Source: an uncultured virus (IMG/VR IMGVR_UViG_3300010214_000051) (Duplodnaviria > Heunggongvirae > Uroviricota > Caudoviricetes). From it: DNA of 64,000 bases. Location: the IMG/VR virus record IMGVR_UViG_3300010214_000051, positions 1 through 64,000 of that record. One strand, 5' to 3'. Every line of letters starts with the position of its first letter. The stretch's first letter is position 1. Shown here piece after piece: positions 20,046 to 28,048 of the stretch. A model generated the notes under the pieces. It did no database searches. It was not told where the DNA came from and saw nothing but the letters and a program-made list of their open reading frames with translations. Position numbers and translations under genes: made by a program.

Positions 20046-23000
20046 AAGCAGCAGCGCCAAGGCCGAGGTTGTCGAATACCGGATGTCGCTCCATGTGGCC
20101 CTCGGCCACGAGGTCGATGAGATCCGGGAAATCCGCGTCGACGAGAGGGTGGCCTGGTCGGGTCGGATCAACACGAACACGACGCTGAACATCCATCAGC
20201 CCAACCTCTTCGGCGGACAGACGAAAGAGGGTGGCCTTAGCGGTTTCGTTCAGGTGCTGATGGGGCGCCCTGATCAAGTCCTGCCGCCCGCCGTTGCGTC
20301 CCGTTACCAGCGATCGCCGAACGACTGTCCCGCGTTCCGGGGCCTGACGACGCTCATGTTCCATGGCTCGGGGATGGTGTCGACCGGGCGGCCGGGCGAG
20401 TGGGACGGCGGTCTGATCGGCGTCGCCATCAACAACGCGCGATACGACAACTCGGGCTTCCTGTGGAAGATGAACTCGACTTTCATCGCACAGAAGATCG
20501 AGGTCACGGCGACACGGGCGCCGAAGGGCATCGACAATCAGACGCCCGGCCTCAACCCGGACTACGCGCTGATCGGCAACGACGCCAACCCTGCGCACAT
20601 CATCTACGAAGCCCTGGTCAATCGGTCCTGGGGCATGTCCGGCGCGCCGGAACTGATCGACAAGGCTGTGTTCGAAGCCGAGGCTCTTCGCCTCTTCAAC
20701 GAGGGCTTCGGCCTGTCCTTCTGGTGGATGCGACAGCAGACCATCGAAGACCTGATCACCGAAATCCTAGACCACATCCAGGCGACGATCTTCGTCAATC
20801 CGAACAACGGCCTGCTGTCGATCCGGCTGCTGCGCGACGACTACGACATCGCCACGCTGCGGCACATCACGCCCGACAACGCCACTCTGTCGAACTTCAA
20901 GCGGCGCTCCAGCGGCGAGATCGTCAACGAGATCACGGTCAACTTCACCAACCCGCTGAACGAAGAGAGCGAGTCCGTCACCGGCCAGGACATCGCTTCG
21001 ATTGAGTCGCAGGGCGGAGAGAAGGTCGCGGCGTCACGCGACTATTACATGGTCCGCAGCCGGGAACTGGCGACCAAGATTCTGGACCGCGACCTGCGCG
21101 CCTCGACTGCGCCGCTGGTGTCGGCCGAGGCGAAACTCGATCGCTCGGCCTGGAACATTCTCCCGGGCGAGGTTGTGCTGCTGTCCTGGCCGCGACGGAG
21201 CATGAACGCGGTCGTCGCGCGCGTCGGCAAGGTGAGCTACGGCAAGCCGCGCGATACCGCCATTCGCGCGTCGCTCATGCAGGACGTGTTCTCCCTCACC
21301 AAGCCGCCGGTGCGCGTCCTGCCGCCGACGGACTGGGAAGATCCTACCCGCGACCCGCAGCCGCTCGACATGCAGTTGTTCACGGTGCCGAACTATTTCG
21401 TTCGCAACGTGGAGCTGCAGGACGTTCCGGTCGAACTCGGCGCCGGCGAAGCCCTGGTGGGATCTCTCGCCGACTCCGAGACCTACGACAGCTTCGACTA
21501 TGAGCTTGTCAGCGAGAGCGTGACCGCCAGCGGCGCGGCCGTCATCACGTCCAAGGGCGCCAAGTCGATGACGCCCAAGGGCTTACTGGCGACTACCCTG
21601 CCGGCGGCCGCGAACTCCACACTCCCGTTCGCGCTGTTCCCGGTCGCCGAGGAAACCCCCGTCAAGGGCGGCTTCGTGTTCATCGGCTACGGAGACGACA
21701 ATCAGGAGATCGCCCTTGTCACCGGCCAGTCGCCGGCGGGCTGGACGATAGCGCGGGGTTGCCTGGACACGGTGCCGCGCAGCTGGGCGGCAGGGACGCC
21801 TGTCTGGGTCGTCTCGCCCGGCGCCAGCATTGTCGACACGCAGACCATCCACGCCGAGGGCTCGACGGCCCGGTATCGGGGCCTGGACCGCACGGCGCGA
21901 GGGCTGCTCGGCTACGACCAGGCGCCCAGCGAATCCGTGGTCGTGACCGCCCGCCCGCACCTGCCGCTGCGTCCGGCGAACGTGTCGGTGAACAACGTCG
22001 CCTTCGGGTCGCTCACCATCGGTTCTGCCTCGACCGTCGTGGTTCGATGGGCGACGCGTAATCGGCTCACCGAGGATTCGCAGGTCCTGCTCTGGGGCGA
22101 CGGGTCCGTGCAGCCGGAATACCGGCAGGAGACGGTGATCCGCGTCTACGATGCGATGACGAATGCGCTGCTAAAGACGTACGGCGGCCTCTGGACCGAG
22201 ACTTCCGCATCCTTCAACCGCGCCGATCTTGAGCGGTATCAGGCATTGCGGTTCGAAGTCCTGTCGCGTCGCAACGGCGAGTGGTCCCTCACCGGACACA
22301 GCGTCACAGTCACCGGGCTTGCGGGAGATCCTTCGGCGCCGGGGTTGCCCGCCACGATCGCGGAGGCCGGTCCGCCCCCGTCGTTCTATCCGGCGCCGGG
22401 CGTCGGCGCGTTTGCGGCGCAAGCTGTGGCGCTGGCAGGCGCGGGGGGCGCAGAAAACCCCGCGATCGAGGTCAGCGGCACGCCCGACAACCTGGATATG
22501 CGTGGCTTGGCGACGCGATACCGCCGTCTGCCTGCGCCGGACCCCCTGACGGGAGTGACTCCCGACATCGTCTTCCCGTGGGGGTTTGGCCCGACAGCCG
22601 TCCTCAATGGCGATGACGTCCGATTCCTGATCACGGGCGTCGCCGCCGAGACGGAATACGAGGTGCAGGTCGCCTATGTCGTGGACGACCTGCCGGGAAG
22701 CTGGCGGAATCTAGGAACGGTTCTCACCACGCGGTCGATCGCGGGCGACATCACCCCTACCGCCCCGACCATCGTCAGCATCAGGAACGACATAGAGGCG
22801 GCCTTCGGCGACATCTTCGACGTATCGGAGCTGCTCGCCGATGCCCGGACCCAGCTGGACGCCCAGGGCGCAGAGATCGCAGCAGCACGGGCAGGGGAGG
22901 CCAACCTCAGCGCCCGGATCGCTGGTGTGAACCAGGCCCGCATCGACGGCGACGAGGCCAACGCCCTGGCTATCAGCGGCGTCGCGGCTCGGACGGCCAA

Positions 23001-24396
23001 CACCGAGGCCGACATCATCGATCTTGAGAATGCTGTCTCGACGGAGGCGGGCGCACGGGCGCAGGCGATCCAGCAGGTGACGGCGCGCCAGAACCTCAAT
23101 CGCAACCTTCTGCCCGGCGGAAGCGGTGAGCAAGGCATTGCCGGATGGTCTGCCCCGGCGGGGTTCCGAGCCGGTCAATGGCCGGCTTATGGCGGGCCTT
23201 TCTTCTACGAGGTGCTTACCGGCCTGGGCGCTATCGATCGCTATTACATCAGCCCGAAATCACGGATTGATGGGCTGGCGAATGTAACGATGCAGCACAA
23301 GGGCATCCTGACAGGTGTAACGGGCGGTGCATCTTTCGCTTACATCGCCTTTTTCGACGACTCCGGGGCCGACAAGGGTGCGGGTGGCTACGCTTCCATC
23401 GGCGGGGCGCCCGCGACCGCCGCCGTCCCGGCCGGCGCGACCCAGGCCTCTGCGGTTTTCCGGGTCAGCGGAACAGCTTCGACGGCCTACGCCGAACTCG
23501 GTTTCTGGCAGGTCAAGCTGGAAGGCGGGACGGTCGCCACGATCTATTCGAACGATGCGCTGGAGCAGGCTCTTTCCGCCTCGGTCACTCAGCAGGCCCT
23601 CGCGATCATCGACCTGGAGCTCCAACAGTCCGTAGCGGCCTACGAAGTGCTTGCCAACGCCTCTGGAGGCTTGCCCGCCTTCCTCCGCCTGGTGTCCGGC
23701 ATGGGCGGAGGTTACGCCGCACTGGCCGCCGAGGTCGTCGCCCTCATGAACACAGCGCCTGGCGGAAATCCCCTGATCGCCATGCAGGCCATAGGCGGCG
23801 AGGTCTTCTTCCCGCGACCAATCTATGTGGATCTCGGCGGGCGGCGGTTGATCGTGGGCCCTGGCACCGGGTGGGTGCTGTGGTTTGGTCCCAACACTAT
23901 AAACGCCGCAGGCGCGACGCGAACCAACGGTTACTTCGCCCTAGGAACGGATGGCAAAGTCTACTACGGGTCGGCCGAGTTGGGCGGCGGCGGGGGTGCG
24001 GGCGGCGCGGCGTTCGATCAAGCCCCAATCGCCGGCGATGTGAGCTCCACGTCGTGGGTGACGCTCTCCGAGATCATATTCCCTAATCGCCCCGCTGCCG
24101 GTTGGTGGCAGGCGACGCCGCGGTTGTCGGGCTTTGCCACCTCAGAGGTGAACTGCGAGATTCGTTTGATCGAACTCGGATCGAGCACCCCGCTGGCGGC
24201 TCAGCCTGTCGTCATACCGGCGGGAAGTTCTCCGGCGCGCATCGCGCTCATCGACTGGTTCCCAGCCCCGCCGTGGGCGCAGACCCGCCCGGCCGGATCG
24301 ATCGCGTTTCAACTCCAGATGCGTCGCACGGGCGGCAGTGGAACCGCCACGCTCAGCGGCTCCTTGGCCGTGACCTACACTCCGAAACCTGCCTGA
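20038..24396 (+). CDS. Tail tip / central fibre (host specificity) protein
   Basis: 1452 aa; PAFRG, ANPAHIIYE, RG.LDT.P motifs, coiled coil, C-terminal beta domains. Confidence 0.88.
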   Translation: MGKSSSAKAEVVEYRMSLHVALGHEVDEIREIRVDERVAWSGRINTNTTLNIHQPNLFGGQTKEGGLSGFVQVLMGRPDQVLPPAVASRYQRSPNDCPAFRGLTTLMFHGSGMVSTGRPGEWDGGLIGVAINNARYDNSGFLWKMNSTFIAQKIEVTATRAPKGIDNQTPGLNPDYALIGNDANPAHIIYEALVNRSWGMSGAPELIDKAVFEAEALRLFNEGFGLSFWWMRQQTIEDLITEILDHIQATIFVNPNNGLLSIRLLRDDYDIATLRHITPDNATLSNFKRRSSGEIVNEITVNFTNPLNEESESVTGQDIASIESQGGEKVAASRDYYMVRSRELATKILDRDLRASTAPLVSAEAKLDRSAWNILPGEVVLLSWPRRSMNAVVARVGKVSYGKPRDTAIRASLMQDVFSLTKPPVRVLPPTDWEDPTRDPQPLDMQLFTVPNYFVRNVELQDVPVELGAGEALVGSLADSETYDSFDYELVSESVTASGAAVITSKGAKSMTPKGLLATTLPAAANSTLPFALFPVAEETPVKGGFVFIGYGDDNQEIALVTGQSPAGWTIARGCLDTVPRSWAAGTPVWVVSPGASIVDTQTIHAEGSTARYRGLDRTARGLLGYDQAPSESVVVTARPHLPLRPANVSVNNVAFGSLTIGSASTVVVRWATRNRLTEDSQVLLWGDGSVQPEYRQETVIRVYDAMTNALLKTYGGLWTETSASFNRADLERYQALRFEVLSRRNGEWSLTGHSVTVTGLAGDPSAPGLPATIAEAGPPPSFYPAPGVGAFAAQAVALAGAGGAENPAIEVSGTPDNLDMRGLATRYRRLPAPDPLTGVTPDIVFPWGFGPTAVLNGDDVRFLITGVAAETEYEVQVAYVVDDLPGSWRNLGTVLTTRSIAGDITPTAPTIVSIRNDIEAAFGDIFDVSELLADARTQLDAQGAEIAAARAGEANLSARIAGVNQARIDGDEANALAISGVAARTANTEADIIDLENAVSTEAGARAQAIQQVTARQNLNRNLLPGGSGEQGIAGWSAPAGFRAGQWPAYGGPFFYEVLTGLGAIDRYYISPKSRIDGLANVTMQHKGILTGVTGGASFAYIAFFDDSGADKGAGGYASIGGAPATAAVPAGATQASAVFRVSGTASTAYAELGFWQVKLEGGTVATIYSNDALEQALSASVTQQALAIIDLELQQSVAAYEVLANASGGLPAFLRLVSGMGGGYAALAAEVVALMNTAPGGNPLIAMQAIGGEVFFPRPIYVDLGGRRLIVGPGTGWVLWFGPNTINAAGATRTNGYFALGTDGKVYYGSAELGGGGGAGGAAFDQAPIAGDVSSTSWVTLSEIIFPNRPAAGWWQATPRLSGFATSEVNCEIRLIELGSSTPLAAQPVVIPAGSSPARIALIDWFPAPPWAQTRPAGSIAFQLQMRRTGGSGTATLSGSLAVTYTPKPA

Positions 24397-24406
24397 GGAT
24401 CATTCT

Positions 24407-24745
24407 ATGACACAGACCGACGCCGAAAAGCTGGCCGCCGCCGAGGCCGCCATGGCTGCAGCGGCCGAAGCCGCCAAGGCCGCCCGCCTTCCGTCGGCCA
24501 GCGCTGCGGTCGAGTTACTTGAGGGGATCGCTGGAGCCGCTTTTCTTGCCGACCTCAGGGCGGCCATCGCGGTGAGCGTGGACGATCTGCCGCGCCCGCT
24601 CGGCACGCCAGGCGTCGAGGGCACCAAGCAGATGCTCCAGCGCATCGTCACGTCGATGGAGAGCGGTCTTTCCGCCGCCCAGGCGCGCGTTCAGGCGCTA
24701 CAGCCCGCTCCTGCGCCTGAGACTCCGGCCGACCCCACCTCATGA
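24407..24745 (+). CDS. Hypothetical protein (possible fibre chaperone)
   Basis: GAGG RBS; follows tail tip gene. Confidence 0.65.
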   Translation: MTQTDAEKLAAAEAAMAAAAEAAKAARLPSASAAVELLEGIAGAAFLADLRAAIAVSVDDLPRPLGTPGVEGTKQMLQRIVTSMESGLSAAQARVQALQPAPAPETPADPTS

Positions 24746-24891
24746 TCGCGCCTTTGAAACTCATCTCGGGCAACGACGATGTGGTGATCGAAGACGTAGG
24801 CCGCTCGGTCTTCGTCGATATCCAGCCTTGGCGCGATCAGGGCGCTGCCGCATACCTTGATTTCAGCGATGCTCTCCGCTTGCTGGAATGA
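24742..24891 (+). CDS. Small hypothetical ORF (49 aa)
   Basis: ATGA overlap with upstream stop; MIAPLKLISG...ALRLLE. Confidence 0.35.
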   Translation: MIAPLKLISGNDDVVIEDVGRSVFVDIQPWRDQGAAAYLDFSDALRLLE

Positions 24892-24965
24892 CTGGCCGAA
24901 AACGCTCCGCCCGCCCCGGAAGCCTGACGAACCGAGGGTTGCCAGACGGCGCCTTCTGCCGTATA

Positions 24966-24984
24966 TGTCCCATTTAAAGGGACA
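24966..24984. promoter_or_regulatory. 19-bp operator-like palindrome
   Basis: TGTCCCATTTAAAGGGACA upstream of the lysis cassette. Confidence 0.75.
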
Positions 24985-24998
24985 AGCGGACTCCTTCG

Positions 24999-25382
24999 AT
25001 GGCGCCAACGGAAAGCCTAGAGACGGCGACGGAAGCGGCGGCCAAGCTTGCTGCGGTCGTTACCGGCGGTGCTGCGACTCCTGATCGCGTTGAGCTGACA
25101 CAGCGCGACGACCGTCTGGCGATCTTCGTCCGATGCCTGTCTGGGCCGGCAATCTCCTTCATGCTCATCGGCGCGGTCGCCCTGCTTTCGTGGGGCGGCC
25201 GCGTTGGCATCTGGACGGACCAGTCGGAAATCATCCGGGCGCAGGTCGTCGGCATTGTGGCGATCGTTCTGGCCGCCGTCATGGGCATCGTCGTCTGGGT
25301 CGCGCACGTCGGCCGCCCCAGCAGTCTCAGCATCGGCGCAGGCCCCGCCTCGATCAACATTGAGCAGGGAGATCGCGAATGA
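24999..25382 (+). CDS. Two-TM membrane protein, putative holin
   Basis: Two hydrophobic helices; immediately upstream of endolysin. Confidence 0.6.
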   Translation: MAPTESLETATEAAAKLAAVVTGGAATPDRVELTQRDDRLAIFVRCLSGPAISFMLIGAVALLSWGGRVGIWTDQSEIIRAQVVGIVAIVLAAVMGIVVWVAHVGRPSSLSIGAGPASINIEQGDRE

Positions 25383-26104
25383 CGATCCTGTCTGACGACG
25401 CCTTCGTCCGACTGTTCCAAGAAGCGAACGGCCTTCGCATTGACGGCATTGCCGGTTCGGACACAGTTCGTCAGGCCGCCGCCCTCGCCACCCGTGCGGT
25501 GAACTGGCCGAAGGGTCGCCTGCTTTCAGACGACGAGTTCGTCCGCCTGTTTCAGGCTTCGCATGGGCTGAAATCGGACGGCTGGGCCGGCAACGACACG
25601 ATCGCCAAGCTCCGGTCGCTGACGAAATCGGCGCCCGTGGCCCCCGGCGCTATTCCCGACGCCTACTGGGCGATGCTGTCGCGGATCGAGAGCAACGATC
25701 GGCCTTATGTGAAGGCGCGCACGTCTTCCGCGTCGGGGCTCTATCAGTTCATCAAGTCCTCCTGGATCGGGGAGGGTGGGACGTGGGGCAAGAACGCCGC
25801 GCTCGCCTTCGGTGGCCTCAAGCCCTCTGCGGAGGAGCAGTTGGGTCGTGCAAAGACCTTCACCGCCAAAAACGCCGCCTACCTCAAGGCCAGGGGAATC
25901 CCGATCAACCGGGCCTCGCTTTACGCCGCGCATTTCTTCGGCCCTGTCACGGCGGCAAACGTCATTGGCGCCGACGTTACGGCTCGCGCCGATCACATCG
26001 CCGGTCCCGCTGCCACCGAGGCTAACGCAAGCATCCTGCGCGGCAAAACCGTGGGGCAGTTCCTGACGTGGCTCCACGGCAAGACGGGAGACTGGGCGCG
26101 ATGA
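25379..26104 (+). CDS. Endolysin: two peptidoglycan-binding repeats plus lysozyme-like/lytic transglycosylase domain
   Basis: Two LSDD.FVRLFQ...GL..DG.AG.DT repeats; IES..., SSASGLYQF, LY.AHF.G. Confidence 0.88.
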   Translation: MTILSDDAFVRLFQEANGLRIDGIAGSDTVRQAAALATRAVNWPKGRLLSDDEFVRLFQASHGLKSDGWAGNDTIAKLRSLTKSAPVAPGAIPDAYWAMLSRIESNDRPYVKARTSSASGLYQFIKSSWIGEGGTWGKNAALAFGGLKPSAEEQLGRAKTFTAKNAAYLKARGIPINRASLYAAHFFGPVTAANVIGADVTARADHIAGPAATEANASILRGKTVGQFLTWLHGKTGDWAR

Positions 26105-26517
26105 TCGACTGGGCATCCGCGAAGATCTGGCAGGCTCTCGCCGCAGTCGCAGGGCTGGTCGCGGCGGCGCTGTTGGCGTCCACGGTCGTCTTCGCCATCC
26201 AGGTTCGGGGCTTGGAGAAGGAGGTCGCGTCGATCAACGACACACTCACCTCCACCCGCGCCGACCTGACGACGTGCCGCCAGAACCAGCGTGGGCTTGA
26301 GGCCGGCATTGAGCTTCGCAACCGGATGATCATGCGCATCACGGAGGAGGGCGCCGAGCGACTGGCGGCCGCCGAAGCCGCCGTCGCCGCTGCTGAAAGC
26401 GAAGCCTCGCAGGCGCGCCGCAAGATGGACAGGCTGCTTCGCACGCCAGTCGCCGGCGACACCCTGTGCGAGCGTGTGGCTGAAGCCGATCGTCTGGTTC
26501 TGGAGACCCTTAAATGA
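26101..26517 (+). CDS. i-spanin (Rz-like)
   Basis: N-terminal TM, coiled coil, Cys residues. Confidence 0.75.
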   Translation: MIDWASAKIWQALAAVAGLVAAALLASTVVFAIQVRGLEKEVASINDTLTSTRADLTTCRQNQRGLEAGIELRNRMIMRITEEGAERLAAAEAAVAAAESEASQARRKMDRLLRTPVAGDTLCERVAEADRLVLETLK

Positions 26518-26792
26518 TCCGCTGTCTGCCGATCGCCATCGCCGGCGTCATTCTCACCGGCTGCAACACGACCCGACCAGAACCAGAAGTGCGGACTGTG
26601 GAAGTGCTGGTCCCGCAGCCGGTGACGTGCGTACCGAACAACCTGCCTCGCAAATACGAGTTCAGCGTTACGGCTGCCGACCTGACGGCCGCCCCCGACG
26701 CCGCAGCGCGTCTGCTGCTGGCCGTGGCCGGGATGCTGGAGCGCGACGCGCGGCTCGCCCAAGTTGAGCCGGTCGTGGCGGGTTGCCGTTGA
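26514..26792 (+). CDS. o-spanin (Rz1-like lipoprotein)
   Basis: LTGC lipobox, Pro-rich, terminal GCR. Confidence 0.8.
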   Translation: MIRCLPIAIAGVILTGCNTTRPEPEVRTVEVLVPQPVTCVPNNLPRKYEFSVTAADLTAAPDAAARLLLAVAGMLERDARLAQVEPVVAGCR

Positions 26793-27149
26793 ATGGGACT
26801 TGTCATCGACCCGGCCGCACTGTGGTCGCTGGCGGGCGGCGCGGTCTACGGCGGCACCCGGCTTTCGACCGCGCTGTGGGGAGGTTCCGAGATCGGCAAG
26901 CGCGCCCGCCGCCTGGCCGGGTCGCAGTTCGCCCTGGCCCTGCTGCTAGCTCCCGTCGCCGGCGCGGCCATTACGCCGCACGCACTGGAAATGTTCCCCA
27001 AGGCGTCGGTCGCGTCCGCGTCATTCACCATCGGCCTGTTTTCGAACGCAGTGTGGCCGATCCTCTCTGAACCCGCGTTTCTACGGCAGCTGGTCCACGA
27101 TGTCGCCCGCGGCGTCGCCGACCGTCTCTCCGCAGGAGTCCCGAAATGA
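26793..27149 (+). CDS. Membrane protein (holin/antiholin-like)
   Basis: About three hydrophobic segments. Confidence 0.55.
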   Translation: MGLVIDPAALWSLAGGAVYGGTRLSTALWGGSEIGKRARRLAGSQFALALLLAPVAGAAITPHALEMFPKASVASASFTIGLFSNAVWPILSEPAFLRQLVHDVARGVADRLSAGVPK

Positions 27150-27637
27150 CCGCCCTCTTCACCGGCGCCGCTCTGCTCTATGCCTCCATGGTCCTTGGCC
27201 TGTGGCAGATCCTCTCGGCGCCGGACCGACCCAACTATCCGACGTCGGGTCCCGCGAAGCGCTCCATCATGTTCGTCTACATGGCGCTGCTCGCCGCGCG
27301 CGGAATCGAGGTCGTGATGTCGCCCTCCGCCATGGTGACTGAGACGCAGGCCTGGGCTTCGGCTACGCAGGCCGCGCTATTCACGGCGTTTCTGGTTGAC
27401 CATTTGCGGAACTGGTTGCCGGCGAAGACCCATCGAAACATTCAGCGCCTGGTGGAGATCGCCTCCTGCAAGGATCGCCGCAAGCTTGCAGCGGCCCGGG
27501 CGAAGGCGATGCGGAACTCGACAGGCGGGCGCTGTGCTGATGTTAAGGCCGTCGGCCCCGCACTGGTCGCGCTGTCCCTTGAGGGAGCCACGGTGGCGGG
27601 GCCTGACGAAAGCGCCGAATCCTTCATCAATCGCTGA
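27146..27637 (+). CDS. Membrane protein
   Basis: Three hydrophobic segments and a basic tail. Confidence 0.6.
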   Translation: MTALFTGAALLYASMVLGLWQILSAPDRPNYPTSGPAKRSIMFVYMALLAARGIEVVMSPSAMVTETQAWASATQAALFTAFLVDHLRNWLPAKTHRNIQRLVEIASCKDRRKLAAARAKAMRNSTGGRCADVKAVGPALVALSLEGATVAGPDESAESFINR

Positions 27638-27910
27638 CTAGGGGCGGCGGGCGCGGCAGGCGAGACCGTGGAAGAATCCACGTTCCAGAGCCGTCCACTG
27701 TTCGCCGGGGGGCATCGCTCGGATGACCCAGCCGAGGAGCATCGGCATGTCGTGTTCGAGCATGAAGTCGCAGAGCGCGTCCGCATAGCCCATGCCGGTC
27801 TTCTCGTCGTCGGCGGGGCGGCCGACGGGTGAGACGCACCAGTAGTTTGGCGGTCGCCCGAGGCGGGCGTCCACGAAGTCGAGATCAGAAATCGGCAGTT
27901 GCGATGCCAT
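27638..27910 (-). CDS. Small hypothetical protein, probably SOS-regulated
   Basis: 90 aa ORF with a LexA box upstream. Confidence 0.65.
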   Translation of the reverse strand: MASQLPISDLDFVDARLGRPPNYWCVSPVGRPADDEKTGMGYADALCDFMLEHDMPMLLGWVIRAMPPGEQWTALERGFFHGLACRARRP

Positions 27911-27942
27911 GCTTACGGTCCCCCTTTAGGACGATATTCCTA

Positions 27943-27957
27943 GAACATTACTAGAAC
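27943..27957. promoter_or_regulatory. Alphaproteobacterial LexA (SOS) box
   Basis: GAAC-ATTACTA-GAAC matches GAAC-N7-GAAC. Confidence 0.8.
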
Positions 27958-28025
27958 AAACGAGGTTCGACTCACTAGTGGCGGTGCGTCAGACTCGGTC
28001 GTGGATGTGTTAACGGCACGACAAT

Positions 28026-28044
28026 CGTCTCTTTTAACGTGACA
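28026..28044. promoter_or_regulatory. 19-bp operator-like palindrome
   Basis: CGTCTCTTTTAACGTGACA. Confidence 0.65.
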
Positions 28045-28048
28045 TATG

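Noticed and set aside
20038..24396. Diversity-generating retroelement or invertible tail-fibre system
   Set aside because: No reverse transcriptase, invertase or template/variable repeat pair seen
24889..24927. TGA readthrough or recoding in the small 24742 ORF
   Set aside because: Single instance in a doubtful ORF; TGA is the normal stop elsewhere in the window
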